Assembly (NCBI GenBank): GCA_964016885.1
Contig: OZ024743.1
Location: forward strand, 354,826,001-354,890,000
Origin: Eledone cirrhosa
Lineage: Eukaryota
DNA length: 64,000 nt
Direction of reading: 5' to 3'
The notes under the pieces are model-generated. The model was not told the origin of the DNA, did not search any database, and saw only the letters and a program-made list of their open reading frames with translations. The translations under genes and the position numbers were made by a program. How positions within the stretch are numbered: position 1 is the stretch's first letter; every line of letters starts with the position of its first letter. This document shows positions 1-14,068 of the stretch, one piece after another.

Positions 1-123
1 TTATGACCCCAAGAATTTTGGCGGAAGTGTTGGTCTGCATAGGAAGTAACGAAAACGATTGGTATCCCTTCTCCCTCCCCTCGCTATCAGTAGCTGCTGT
101 AGTGGTAATGACAGTAGCTGCTA

Positions 124-290
124 TAATTGTTTCTACTTTTGGCACAAGGCCAGCAATTAATCAGTGCATTAATGGTACTTTATTTTATCGACCCCGTAAG
201 GATGAAAGGCAAAGTTAACCTCAGCGTGATTTGAACAGATAGTAAAGGCCCGTAACTCCATGCTACAAAGTATGGCGTGCAAGTGACATC
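124..290 (-). mobile_element. tRNA-derived SINE (Nin/Deu-type core), decayed 5' end
   Basis: Reverse complement of the SINE at 14948-15139 (core gcctttcatccttacggggtcgataaaataaagtacca; tail ggccttgtgccaaaagtagaaacaatta). The 5' boundary is approximate. Confidence 0.8.
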
Positions 291-841
291 CATCTCCTCC
301 TAGCCTCATATTGTCCACAGATCTGCAACAACTGTGAATATTATAACCGATAACAAAATTAACTATATTAGAAATAGATTAGATTAAAATAAATAAACTA
401 ATTAATTAATTAAGAACAAATATATATACCACCACTGCTACTGCTACTATGATGACTACACCTCTCTCTCTATACACAAGAGCTCATTCTCCAGTCTCCT
501 TCTCAGCAAGGAAGATGAAAAATAAAACTTACCGCAACACTTAATTTTAAATCTTTAATTTTTAGTTTTTTATTCTAATTAATTATTTTTAATTATAATA
601 CTCAACATTTGATAAGATGAATTTTAATAATACATCGAAACCGGTAATACTTTATATACTTTATGTACATTATAAAACTCCTTTTTAAAAGAATTGTCCC
701 TCTCATTTTTTTAATAATGTCACTTTGATGAATCAAAGAAAGGAAAAAAAAAAAGAAATACAGAACTAAAATATATTTTCCGTGCTATTTCCAACCTCAC
801 CTTTTCTCTCTAACCACTGTTTTGTATAGAACCTTACTCCT

Positions 842-899
<58 letters not shown>

Positions 900-1004
900 T
901 ATATGTTCCTACACGCACCAGGTGCTCAGGGACACACATATATTGTCCAACCATATGCCAATGTGGCTCAATGGCAGGTTAATAAATTAACGAGCCAGTA
1001 CATA

Positions 1005-1401
1005 TATAATCAAGGTTTAGCAAATAAGAAAAAGTTTCAAAATAAATTTTAAAAAATTAACTTTACTTACTAAAGTTACCTTTCCAGAATCGGTTTCGAG
1101 TCTCAAAAATAAACGGAGTCCATACGGCATCCGTTGCAAAGAAAAACTCTCGTCAGAAGGATCTTTTCATTCGAAGAATATGAATAGCGCCAGTTCGTAA
1201 TTTGAATTCGGGAATTTTATATTCTTCGAATGAAAAGATCCTTCTGACGAGAGTTTTTCTTTGCAACGGATGCCGTATTTTGATGCCGTATTTTGATGCC
1301 GTATTTTGAGACTCGAAACCGATTCGGTAAAGGTAACTTTAGTAAGTAAAGTTAATTTTTTAAAATTTATTTTGAAACTTTTTCTTATTTGCTAAACCTT
1401 G

Positions 1402-1407
<6 letters not shown>
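1005..1407. repeat. Fold-back inverted repeat (~180-bp arms) of a PLE pseudo-LTR-like sequence
   Basis: 1005-1181 is the near-perfect reverse complement of 1219-1407. It is flanked by TA-rich sequence and both arms contain an HHR core. Confidence 0.9.
1240..1333 (+). ncRNA. Type I hammerhead ribozyme
   Basis: Stem I CCTT/AAGG, CTGACGA (1244-1250), stem II GAGT../..ACTC, GAAA (1315-1318), stem III CCG-ATT-CGG, then TA. This matches the canonical HHR topology. Confidence 0.75.
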
Positions 1408-1472
<65 letters not shown>

Positions 1473-2224
1473 TACATGTGAAGGACATATAATCTATATA
1501 TTACGTTTCCTGGATTGTGAAAATGGTGGTGTATACGAAAACCATAACATGGTTTTGCTTCTCATTTTTAGTATTTTTAATATTTTTTAATATTTGTCTG
1601 CACACAAGCTTCTATATCATACATATTAAAAAATACTTTACCAATACAACCCCCATAATACTCTTGATTGCCCGCTTAAAGTGCTTGTATTACATATAAC
1701 ACCCTGCCGCACTATAATCTTATATAAATAAGACACACGTGCATGCCCCACGTGTAACTATTGCATACACTAACTACTTCTAACTATCCTCCTGCATTTT
1801 CTTCGTAAACTGCCAATGTTGTATTTTAACTTCAATTTTGTTTTCTTTTAATATGACTTTAATCTTTGAATGTAAATTGCCATGCGTAAATATTATAATG
1901 GATGTCAACCCATTGTGCATCAATATATACATATGTTTCTGTATGTCTCTTGTGTTGGAAATGAGGTCAAGTATGTAAACAATCATTGAAAAATTGCTCC
2001 GAAGACACCAAACCACGGTTTGTAAGAAACAATTGTAAGCGAATAAATGGTTTAACAGAACTTTGATTCATGTAATTTCTATATAACTGCTCTGTAGAAC
2101 AACTGATATTTATCTTACTGGTAATAAGGTAGTAATAAATTACTGTCTTTCACTATTTAGGGTTTAAAATAAATATAACTATAAAAGGTTTTAGTATATA
2201 CATAACCATAAATAGTATCCTTAA

Positions 2225-2314
<90 letters not shown>

Positions 2315-2521
2315 ATATTTTAACCTGTTAGTTTTTTCGTTACTTTGGTATTGTGTAGTTAGGTTTTGCCTACCACAATGTTCAATTTGTCAAGTTATTT
2401 ATTTAAACGTATGTTATTACTCTAAGGACCTACCCTTATTGAGTGCTTTGCTAACTCATTCATATTGTAGGTCGACTTTGATTGCCCACAGCCAAAGCTT
2501 CGATTTTACTAAGCTTCCACT

Positions 2522-2595
<74 letters not shown>

Positions 2596-2600
2596 TATAC

Positions 2601-3645
2601 ATATTGTGTTGGACAGAACGTTCCCGTCGCTTTTCTAAAGGAGATATTTTGATAGAGTTTTCTGGAAATGATGAAGGTTGTGCATGCGCATATATAAAAT
2701 AGTGACGTTGGTATGCATAATGACCATTTCTCATTTTCTTTTACGCCGTCAAACGGGATGAAACATGGATCTATCAATCGTTTATTTGTGGCTGTTTACT
2801 TTATGACTTCAATTCTGGCCTAAGCAGACCAGCCTCGAGTCGTTGCATTAACAATGCATTTGGGTCCCATACCATGTCTGAACGCCGTGCCAGGGACTGT
2901 TTCGTACGCTTCTGCTCTAGTGATATCAACTTTGAAGATCGTCCTCGCGTAACACGTCCATCGGATTTCAATGACGAGCACCAGCGTGAGCTGGAGGAGG
3001 CTGACACACGCCAGACATCACGTCAACTCTCAGCAGCGCTTGTGGCATCGAAAACAACTACCACTTGTATACAATAGGGAAGGTCTTCTAGCTGGGCCAA
3101 TGGGTACCCTATAATCTGGGTGACCGCAATCATGAATGTCGTCGGCAGCTGCAATTTTGCTGCTCTCCTACCACCGCATAACCAACTGGTTACACTTGAT
3201 TGACACCAGTGATGAAACATAGGATCAAACGCCAGCGATCGTTCGTTGATAAAGAGAGTGCGTCACAACAGCAAGGCTCTACTTAGCGTTTGGTGGGACT
3301 GGAATGGCTACACCCACTACCAGCTGCTTTCATCGAACACAAACATATCCTCTGACGACTATGGTGTTACTTTTTATCACAACGTCATCACCTTTTACTC
3401 TGAATGAGCAATGCAGTCAAAGACCTACGCCAATGAAGATCAGTTAAATCAGTGGCTGATGGAATTTTTTGCATCGAAGCCAGAACAATTCTACAGGGAT
3501 AGAATCATGTGCCTTCCTAAACGATGGCAGATGGTAATCGCAAATAATTGGAATTATTTTCTCTTGTATATATTTCCTACTGTTAAAAAATGGCTAAGTC
3601 AATAACATTTTGAAAAATAGTGATAACTTCTGCCCAACGTAATAT
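2601..3645 (+). mobile_element. Decayed, internally deleted mariner (Tc1/mariner) DNA transposon
   Basis: Imperfect TIRs atattgtgttggacagaacg / aacttctgcccaacgtaatat in a TA context. Transposase remnants: HTH region SERRARDCFVRFCSSDINFEDRPRVTRPS (2874-3077) and C-terminus FFASKPEQFYRDRIMCLPKRWQMVIANN (3411-3605). Confidence 0.85.
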
Positions 3646-3654
3646 ATTTAGTAA

Positions 3655-3878
3655 AGGTACGTAACTTTGTGGTTAGGTAATTCAGCTCGCGATCGTAAGT
3701 CGTGAGTTCAATTCACGGTGGCGCGTCGTGTCCTTGAACACGAGACTTTATTTCATCTTGTGCCTGCCCACATACCTGGCAAGAATGAGTTATAGTTGTA
3801 ATTCGACGGGTCACCATTGTCACATTCTTTGTCAAGCTGAATTTCCGTTAAGGGTACATGTGTCTGTGAAATGTTCAT
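3655..3878 (+). mobile_element. Second tRNA-derived SINE family (decayed)
   Basis: A-box-like gtggttagg and B-box-like gagttcaattc, followed by the gtgtccttgaacacgagacttta core typical of metazoan SINEs. Confidence 0.6.
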
Positions 3879-3879
3879 G

Positions 3880-4400
3880 GGGTCTGACTCTGTTTTAATG
3901 TGTTTTGATGTAATGTTAAAGAGAGCGAGGTAAATTGAGGTGAAATAATTGTGCCGTATTGTTATGAGATGCGAGTTTGATTTTTGTTTTGGGCGGATAG
4001 CACGCGGCCTAAGCCCTGGGTGTAGTTTTAAGGTGATGTGAACATCATTTGGGCAATGCTAATGGAATATTGTCCACATCATGCAGAAAATATAGCACTC
4101 ACGGTGGTGTTGGCGAGAAGCAAGTTTGAGTTTTAAGGCCTGACATGCCATCTATCTTTTTCGTGATTGACCCTCAAGGAGTTCCAATTTCCATGATACT
4201 TTGTTTCGTGGGGGTGAGACCACAGTGGACAACAGTATTTAAGGTGTGGTCGGGCAGAAGTGGAGAAGGGAAGGATAATAGTTTGGATGTCTCTCGACTG
4301 GAAGGCTCTGAGAATCCAGGAACACATTCTGCAGGCCATGTCAACTTTGCTGTTTATATGAGTGCCCAAGCTTATGTTGTTGTCCACAATTACTGCCTTA
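3880..4400 (-). pseudogene. CR1/L2-like LINE ORF2 3' fragment
   Basis: Minus-strand peptide HINSKVDMACRMCSWILRAFQSRDIQTIILPFSTSARPHLKYCCPLWS resembles the post-RT region of CR1-group ORF2 (RPHLEY..WSP). Confidence 0.65.
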
Positions 4401-4647
4401 TTCGTACGTATGTGCGTGTGTATGTATGCATGTATGTAGTGTGTGCGTGTGTATGTATGTGCGCGTGTGTGTATGCATGTGTGTGTATAAATATGTTTGC
4501 ATGTAAATATATATATATAGATACAACTATGTGTTGACGGCAAAAACAATCTTTACTTTTATACTGACATTCAACACTAATCGCAGTTGCACATTTAAGA
4601 CTTGCTGTTACACAAAGACACTGTCCCTGACGGTCGGAATTTGTTAT

Positions 4648-4678
<31 letters not shown>

Positions 4679-4794
4679 CCAAAATTAAATTAAGGGTTGT
4701 CATGTCTGAGAGACATGCGCCATATCCACTATAGAATAAGCTCAAAGATTCCAATGAATAGATCCGAGCATTACATATCAACTAGAAATAGATT

Positions 4795-4889
<95 letters not shown>

Positions 4890-5039
4890 AATACATGGAA
4901 CAATCACAGGGAATAATTTGTAAAGAATGTAAGCACACATAGCTAGGTAGGTAACTAATTAAAGTTTAACTAGAACTTCAAATATAGATACCTTTTTAAA
5001 TGATTAATCTCCTTTGTATATATTTCTTTAAATAAGAAA

Positions 5040-5616
5040 TGTATTTCACCAATTAATCAGTAAATCACTAGTTAAATCCTGGATGGTCACCAAAGCAGAA
5101 GAAAATATCTATCTGCGTTTACAAAACAAATGCAAATCTGTGAATGACTCGAACCACATGTTGCATTTTAAAAGAAATACAGAGCAAATGTAACACCAAA
5201 TCCGTTGTATATGAGGCCAAGTAACACCTTTGATTAACAACCAGCCAGCCAGGAGTAAACAATATGTTGGTATGACTCAATACAGGTTCAAAACAAGGTT
5301 TTATGCACATGTCGCTTCTTTTAAAGACTATGATAAAAGAACAGCAACGGCCCTCGCTAATAAGGTGTGGGAATTCAAAGATAATAACATCCCGTACTCT
5401 ATTGATTGGTCTATCTTAGACCATTCGAGGGAATACCAAAGGGGCACAAAGAATTATTCTTTGTGTACCACTGAAAAATTTAGAATTCTACAGAATTTGA
5501 AAGCCACTTCAACTTGCCTTAACTCCAAGACCGAGATCTTCAGATATTGTCCTCACCTGAAATCACATCTACTCTGTAACTGGATTGACATTCCTACGAT
5601 GACTCAACCACCTTGA
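5040..5616 (+). pseudogene. Penelope-like element GIY-YIG endonuclease fragment
   Basis: Preceded by a KCNTKSVVYEA-like segment; YVGMTQYRFKTRFYAH...TALANKVWEFKD...WSILD...SLCTTEK...LNSKTE...CPH; followed by a microsatellite-rich 3' region. Confidence 0.85.
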
Positions 5617-6101
5617 ACTTCTTCTTTGCTACGATGACTTAACCACCTTGAACTTCTTCTTTGCTCTTTACGCCTTACATCTACTACGACTTTTGTTACT
5701 CTCTGAACTCACTTTCTGTACCCTTATTTTCTCTTTCTCCCTTATCTCCTCTTATTTTTTAACTTTTTCTTATGTTATTTATTTTCCTTATTCCCATCTA
5801 CTCTCTACCTTACCCTTTACATCCCCATTCATTTGACTTTTAGATATTAATTTTACGTGTATGTAAGTTGTCGTGTATATGTGTATATAAATGTATGTAT
5901 ATATATATATGTTTATATGTATGTATAAATTTTATATATATATATGTGTATGTGTATGTATGTGTATATATATATATGTGTGTGTGTCTGTTTAATGTGT
6001 GTGTGTGTGTATTTTTATTTATGTGGTGTTGTAACCTTTTGCACTTATGTGTGTGTGTATATTAGTGTGTGTATATATATACATATATATATATGTATAT
6101 T

Positions 6102-6132
<31 letters not shown>

Positions 6133-6502
6133 GTATATGTATATATATGTGTATGTAGTTGGCTGTGTGTGTGTGTGTATGTATGGTTTTGTATGTATAT
6201 GCATAATTACATACAGAGATTTCTAATGCTTACTTTTATTGATTATTTGCTACAGGAACTGTTGAGTGCTCTTAGTCAGCTAGAAACATTTATACCTTTA
6301 TTTGTTATTTATCGTATGCCCTATTATTTGAATACCCCTTCGTTCCCTTTATTTTTATTTTGTGTATGTATGTATATATATATGTGTATATGTATATGTA
6401 TATATATATATGTATATATATGTATATATATGTGTATATATGTATGTGTCTATATATATATATATATCTATGCGTAAAATTGAAATTAAATTTTTATGTA
6501 TT

Positions 6503-6533
<31 letters not shown>

Positions 6534-6534
6534 A

Positions 6535-6660
6535 TGGAAAAATTTGAACAGGAACAAAACAGAGAGGCAGTACAACGAATGTTTATTAATTTCACGCTCT
6601 GGAGAGTGGGGTGTTGGTGGGGAACGACGTTTCGGGCATAAGCCCTTCCTCAGGTGAGAA
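6535..6660 (-). mobile_element. PLE pseudo-LTR end with a degenerate HHR core
   Basis: Minus strand CTGAGGA-AGGGC-TTAT-GCCC-GAAA-CGTCG-TT, then AATAAA and a (TA)n junction. No clear stem I. Confidence 0.55.
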
Positions 6661-6979
6661 GTGTGTGGGAACAGAGTTCAAAGGGTGTGTAGGGGAGTGG
6701 TGGAGAGACATATAGCGAAAGGAAACGGTGCGAATGAAATTAAAAATAAAAATAAAAATAAAGCATGATCAAAATACAAGGAATGAAATAAATTTAAATA
6801 TAAAAGCATGATCAAAATAAACTGAAATTAAAAGGAGGGTAAAACAGGTGGTGGAAGGGTGTGGGGTGTGTAGGGGTGGAAGGGTGTGGGGTGTGTAGGG
6901 GTGGTGGCGGGTGGAGTGTGGAGAGGGAGACGGGGTGTCCGAGCGGGGAGGGCTGAAGCTGGTGTGTGTGTAGGTGTAC

Positions 6980-7010
<31 letters not shown>

Positions 7011-7876
7011 AAAGTAAGGGTTGGGGGAAGAACGGGATTGCATGTTCAGGAAGAGGTGTGTGTGTGTGTGTGGGGGGGTGTAGGTCGGAGTGTCTGTGCG
7101 TGTGTGGATAGAGGGGTGGGGGGAGAGGAATCAGGAGACTGAGGGTGTAAATATGTGGTGGAAAGCACGTGTGTGTGGGGTTTAAGCGTGTTGTGGGTGT
7201 AGGTGGCGTGTGGAGAAAAACATTTTTGGGTGTGTGTGTGTGGGTGAGTTATATAGCTGATTACGTAAGAGGATGGTTGAAAAGTTGGTAAAATCCTATG
7301 ATGTTTAGTGGATTCTGTGGTGGTCAAGTTACACATACGAGTATTCCATGAAGCGACGGTCGGAAGAGGAGAGATGTGGGGTGCGCGCGCAACAGGAAGT
7401 GGTCAAGCAGTGGGAGTGCTGTGTGTCTGTTTGTGCTGGGAGGTGGTCAGAGGGCATAGCAGCAGTCGGTGGAATGGTAAAGGGGCGAGTATGGGTAGGT
7501 GTGGAAGTTGGAGTGAGGAGGGTGTGTGTGTGTGTATTAGTAGAGGTGTTAGTGGGATGAGTGAGTGTGGAGCGAGGGTGTGGGTGGAGCGGGGAGAGAA
7601 GGGTGTGTGTAGTTCTATGGAGGGAGTGTGGTGTACTGGTGTGTGTGTAGTTTGATGAAGGGGTGTTAGTGTGTGTTAGTATACGGGAGGTGGGGAAATA
7701 TATATATATATATATATATATTTGTGTGTATATGTGTGTATGCATGTATGTATGTGTGTGTATATATATGTGTGTATATGTGTGCGTATATATATATGTG
7801 TGTGTGTGTATGTGTGTAGGTGTGTATATGTGTATATATATATATATATGTATATGTATTTACATATATATATGTA

Positions 7877-7921
<45 letters not shown>

Positions 7922-8248
7922 GTGTGTGTGTGTGTGTCTATGTGTGAGCGTGTGTACGTACTTATGCGTATGTGTGTATGTAACTTTATAGTTTTTATAA
8001 TTGCGTTTTTATCTTTAAGAAACTTTTACACTATATGTGTGTATGTGGTTGTATGCATTTATGTGTGCGTGTATATGTATCTGTATGTATATACACTTTT
8101 GTGTCTGTGGTGTGTTTATATGTATGGGGTGTGCTTGTATATTTATATGTATGCGTATGTGTGTGTGTATATGTATATATATGTCTGTGTGTGTATGTAC
8201 ACACACATATATATATATATATATTTTTTATATATATATATATATATT

Positions 8249-8940
8249 TCTGAATTATTGAGCCCTCTGCCACTCATGTCGAATTTGTTTATCGTAAACT
8301 CGTGAGCCGATTTTCCGATACTCGATTATTCTACTATATTTAGCTCTAGACTTAGCTATTGACCAGTTAATTTTATTGTTCATTTTTGGTCGATTCTATT
8401 AAATGATGAATAGCTCCTGTTTATTTTAACATGTCTATTGAGCACTCTTATTCGATATGTGATTTCCCACATTACCGAATATCTTTCGCGGATATAGAGG
8501 TTATCTCCCTTGCTGGACACCATGTGCGTCTCAGCTAGGGTTAGCTTTTTTATTCGTTTGGACAAGACCCGTTGATAAAGTGTTCCGGTCCGCCCGCTCT
8601 CTAGAAGTCTTATATATTTTTATGTGGGCTGATAGGGGGCGGGTTAAGGAATTACAGAAACCCAAGAAGCTAGATTTACCATCTTTCTAGTGGGTCCGGG
8701 TAAGCTTTTTACATTCATATAATTTATTGATTTATTGATATTTTATCTGAGTGACCCGAATCTTCCTGGTCGTAATTTTTCGGCCGCATGGGTGATTTTA
8801 GACATAATCTTTGTGTGTTGGTATTTTAACGATAGTTATAGCTCTGATTTATCTGAATTATTGAGCCCTCTGCCACTCATGTCAAATTTGTTTATCGTAA
8901 ACTCGTGAGCCGATTTTCCGATATTCGATTATTCTACTAT
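8249..8940. repeat. ~89-bp direct repeats flanking ~515 bp; possibly a PLE 5'/pLTR remnant
   Basis: tctgaattattgagccctctgccactcatgtc...gattattctactata at 8249-8337 and 8852-8940, embedded in (TA)n. The family assignment is tentative. Confidence 0.6.
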
Positions 8941-8996
8941 ATATATATATATATATAGTTTTTGTTTGTGCATTTGCTTACCACGTGCGTTTGGTC

Positions 8997-9036
<40 letters not shown>

Positions 9037-9612
9037 GAATGCCATGGTTGACGTCGGCTCGGCTCTGTAAGGTATAGTAATTTTAACCGCTATAACAATT
9101 GTAAATTGTTTAAAACTTGAACCAAATTGTAGATAAAAACACCCTCCTCCTCGTGAGAGGGGTCTTTCTGGGCGTTATTTGGCCCTTCGGGTTTAAATAA
9201 CCGCTTATTGGGGTTGTGTGCCCAATATTCATTTTAAACCGTAAAAAGAACTTGGCTACAATAAAGAATTTTCACAAGTCACACCCACTCTTTCCGTCTT
9301 CTTCTTCCTCAATCGTCATTACGTCAGAGAAAAGATTGTCTCTCTCCCTCCCCTCTCTAAATGTGGTGTCGCCTCTTTGGCAAGAAAAAGAAAAATATAG
9401 TTTTTGGTACCTTTCACCAAGAGAACGTGCATTCCGTGGAACATTTCTCCACGACGACGACAACGACGAAAAATGTGTGCGGTAAATACGGAAAGCCAGT
9501 TCATTCGTCTGACGTCATGAAGAATAGCAGCAGCAGCCTTAATAACAGCAGCAGCAGCAACAGTGACAAGTAAAACACTAGTAGCAGCCGCCACAACATA
9601 AGCAGCAGCAGA

Positions 9613-9643
<31 letters not shown>

Positions 9644-12600
9644 ACAACAGCAGCAGCAGCAACAACAACGACAGCCACAGCAACAGTGGCGGCGGCGGTC
9701 GTAGTACCAGCAGCAACAACAAAAGTAACAGCAGCTCTGACGACAACAACAACAACAAGAAATAAAAACCAATCTCGTTTGCAGGTATCACAAAGAACCT
9801 GGAAACCATCCTTATAACAAATGAGGAATTACAGGAAGCAAAGACGATGGTGACGAAAACCGGACACCGAGCAATCTGCAAAGCAGCCGAAAGTTTTTGA
9901 AACCCAACAGCACTGTACGGTCACGTAGGGTTGAAAGAGCCACAGAGGCTCAAATACAAAAAGGTTTAGGGTCTGTGTGGCAGCGGAAAACGCATATCAC
10001 CCGAGGCAAGAAATATGCCACCGTGGACGTGCTTTTTGCCACACCCCAGGAGGCAAAGGCTCCATCCTTAGTGACCCTAAGGAGTGAGGAAATGGTGTTG
10101 GTGCCCTCCTACTGTGGGCGAAAAATTGTGAGGGTCAAACTGACCCCCACCCCGGGATGGCCTCTTCTTGGCTGGCCGCGTCTGTCCTCGTCGGAATCGA
10201 GGACAAAACAACTGTACTGCAAGTACAGAAAAAGGTACGAGAAGATTGGGTAGGCACCTCCATTGAGATGTTAATCCAAACCAACCAGGAGTGCATCGAA
10301 GCTATCCCTGATGTGATAGACTTCGATAACGGCACTCAACTGCCCATAAGTGTTGAGGGAAAACGCCCGAAATGCTTTCGCTGTGGATCGAAGACTCACC
10401 TCAGGGCCTTCTGCAATGAGAAGATCCTGAGAAAAGATCAAACCCCCTCCTTCCGAAACCGGCTCCACTGCTACCAGCAACAGGACAGGCGGCAAGCAGG
10501 AAGGATAGGTCCGTGGCACCCATACCCACGCCACGGAAATCAAGAACAGCAGCAGCAGTGGAAATATTAACAACAACAACAGTAATACCAACTGCAGCTG
10601 CAACAGAGACTCTACTGCAACCATCACCAACAAAAACAAGTAAAAGAGTGGAGCTGGTACCCCTCCCCGACCTCACAGAATCGGACATGGAGTGTGAGGT
10701 GGGAGAGGGATGGCAAAAGGTCGAAAGAAGGCACAAACGCAGAGGCAGCGCATCGTCGCTTTCGAAAAGGGAGGGAAGAAATGAAAAAAGCGTAAAGTCT
10801 ACTGCAAAGAGAGTTACAGTAGCAACACCACCAACACCATCACCACCCACACTAGCACCACCATCACCACCGGCGGCAACTCCACCACCAACAACAATAA
10901 CACCTTCAACACCACCACCACAAGCACCAACATCGCAAACACAACAACAAAACACACACACCAAGCAACAACGACAAGAAAATAGCAGAACCACACCCCA
11001 ACCCAAGAAAAAGAAATGCACAGCAATAAATACACACAACAAGAAACTAATGACTTACATAATTGAACACACAGACATTTCACAGCACGACTACATAATA
11101 CCAGCACCAATCAAAACACCAACGAACATAAGACTGCTAAAAATAGCACAGAAACAATACACAAACATTAAAACGAAATTCCCCAACGCAGTTGGTGATT
11201 TCAGAGACCTAGGAGGGACACTCAACCGGAGCGTATATTCGGATATACTCAGAGAAGAGCCGACGACGAGCCGAAGGGACGATTCAACAGTCCCTTCACC
11301 AGACGATCAAGTGGAAAGGGATGGAGAAACCATCCTTCTTCTACGAGAAGTAAGGTAAGTGGTCTTTCCCATCTTTTCTACTCCATTTCAACATGACCTC
11401 ACTCAGAATAGGCAGTATAAATGCACGTGGCTTGGGGTCGTCATGGAAGCAGGGCCACCTGCTCAACGACCTCAGGTCACTAAACATAGATGTATTGGCC
11501 ATCAGCGAGACCAGAATCTCCGAAGCACGGGCCTTCGCACCGATCTTCGGCGGCTACAATGTGTACGCATCTCCCAGCCGTCCTGGATCGGGGGGGGGGG
11601 GGGGAGTTGCTGTGCTTTTTCGGAGAGGTTTGTATCTCGCCATACGGGTAAGTTGGTGGTGCTGGACGTGACCAGCGGAACGGGCAAGCTTTCAGGCTAG
11701 TGGCCGTCTATGCCCCGACAGGAGCAGGGCGGCCTGATTTTTTCCGGCGTCTGGAGACCTTTCTTGGAACGTCCCGCTCTTTAGTGTTAGTGGGCGACTG
11801 GAACGGGATCTTAGATGCACGCTGGGACTGTGTGGGATTAGGGGATAGGGAGGAGGGCGCAAGAGCCTCACAAACCTGCTCAGGCGATTTGAACTGTCTG
11901 ACAGGTACCGATTGGATTTCCCGAATGTGCCAATGTGGACTTGGACAAACCGCGTAGGGTCATCCAGATCATATCTAGATAGAGTATTTTGTAGGGAAAT
12001 AGATAGGTCTAGCATAGGCTGTCCACAATTCAAGATAGTCAGCTACACGGACCACAAATTCGTAATCTGTGTGCTTGACTTAGATACGCTTCATAGACGA
12101 GGACCCGGCTACTGGAAGCTAAACGCGTCCTTACCAGCGCGCAAGGCCTACAGAGACCGGATTAGCGAACTAGTTAAGCGAGCGTTGACGGGGGCCATCA
12201 TCAACAACAAGTGGTGGTTTGCTCTGAAAGAGCGATTAGAATAGAGTCCATTAGGTTTAGTAAGGCTTTAGCTATAGAGAAAAATCGAGCAGAAGAAGAA
12301 CTAGTTAGAAAACTAGACGAGGCGCTTAGCAAAGGCATCGCGACCGACGTACTTGCGGCGAAATTGGCCCTTGACCAATTCTTCAATGCAAGGCACGAAG
12401 GCTGCTAGGGTGCGTGCTCTCAGACACGAGGGGACGAAAGCTGTTCAATGGGCCCGAGTGGCGGTGGCGTGTCGTGGCAACAAAGCCACGATCCGGTCTT
12501 TGGTGGACCACGACGGGCGCATGCTACTCGATCCCGGGAAAATGCGTGAAGCTTTTCAGCGACACTTCGCTCAGCTGTTTGGGGAAAGCGGCCGCCCGGA

Positions 12601-13340
12601 TCGAGGGATGGACTTTAGTGTCTACCTCGACGGACTGCCGCGGCATGCGGCCACTGAGGCGGAGTGTTGCGAATAGCCGATAATAGCCGCTGAAGTACGG
12701 GAGGCAATGACTGGCTGCACAAGGGATAAATCGCATGGTTTGGATGGTCTGCCCTATGAACTTTACGCACAGATGCCAGACTTGTTCGGAGACCTCTTGG
12801 CGGACGTCTACTGCAACTGGCAACGGAACGGGAGAATTCCCAGCTCTGTGAGCCGCGGAGCGGTGGCGCTGCTGGGAAAGGATCCGAAAAAGGGGATAAC
12901 ATAGATCATTTCAGGTCCATAACTCAGCTAAACACAGAGTTCAAGATGTTGGCCAAGGTGCTAGCAAAGTGGTCGGCGATTGTCGTTGGTGGTTTGGTGG
13001 GAGATCCCGACAGATCCATCCACGACAACCTCCACCTCATGCGATACATCGTAGAAAGTGTAGCTAGGGAACCTGGCACGGGTGGGTACTTGATCAATTT
13101 ATATCAGTCGATAGCTTTCGATAGGTCGACCATCGTTACCTACCGGCAGTCCTGAAGGCGGCTGGCTTTGAGCCCGTCTTCAGAGGCTGGATCGCTGCCA
13201 TGCACAGCGACATCTGCTCTGTGGTGAGAGTGAACGGTCACCTTTCGGAACCGTTCAACATCATGCGGTCGGTCCGCCAAGGATGTCCCCTCTCGTCCCT
13301 CTTGTACGTATTGACTCTCGAGCCATTACTGCACAAACTG
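9037..13340 (+). mobile_element. Tx1-like LINE, subfamily 1; decayed, 5'-complete, 3'-truncated within the RT
   Basis: Starts gaatgccatggttgacg right after (ATT)12. It is homologous to the copies at 31.9-49.7 kb, with many frameshifts and stops in ORF1 and ORF2, and ends at ...LEPLLHKL. Confidence 0.95.
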
Positions 13341-13627
13341 CCGTCTTGTATCACTGCCAACTTAATAATATTTTTTAATTTTTATTTTCTTAATCCTTAT
13401 TTTTTATTTACTTATTTGTATGTGACGGCCTACTATGATTATTTATTCTTATTTGTGTGTGTGCATATGTATCCCTTTATATGTGAGTACGTATGCATAT
13501 GTGTATATATATGTGTGTATTATATGTGTGTGTGTATGTATGTATGTGTATGTGTATATATATGTATATATGTATATTTGTATATATATATATGTATGTG
13601 CATGTATATATATATATATATATATGC

Positions 13628-13687
<60 letters not shown>

Positions 13688-13701
13688 GTGTGTTTATGTA
13701 T

Positions 13702-13751
<50 letters not shown>

Positions 13752-14068
13752 ATATGTGCCTCTGTGTATATATATATGTGTATATATGCGTGTATATATG
13801 TAAATATATATGTGTGTATATGTGAGTGTGTGTGCGTGTGTGCGTGAGTGTGTGTACGTGGTTGTTGTTATATATTCTTATTTATTACACCCCCCCGCCC
13901 CCCTTATTTCCTCCAGCCTCACTTTCATATATGTTATATTTTTGTTTTTCAAATCCACTGTCAATAAAAACACCAGGATTTTTTCATTCTGATGAATGAA
14001 AGAAATGTTGGTGCTTTCAAGAAACAACTGGTACATGAAATAATTATCTCATGTTGTTTATTACATAA

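Noticed and set aside
3-218. 71-aa ORF as a host exon
   Set aside because: Its 3' half is antisense SINE sequence and no domain is recognisable.
5596-5665. 34-bp tandem duplication at the end of the PLE ORF
   Set aside because: An ordinary slippage duplication. The ~139-bp degenerate duplication at 20441-20707 is likewise internal to the PLE 3' region.
5868-8305. Many ORFs rich in YI/CV/HT
   Set aside because: Translations of (TA)n, (TG)n and (CA)n microsatellites. The same applies at 13.4, 15.2, 17.4, 18.7 and 23-24 kb.
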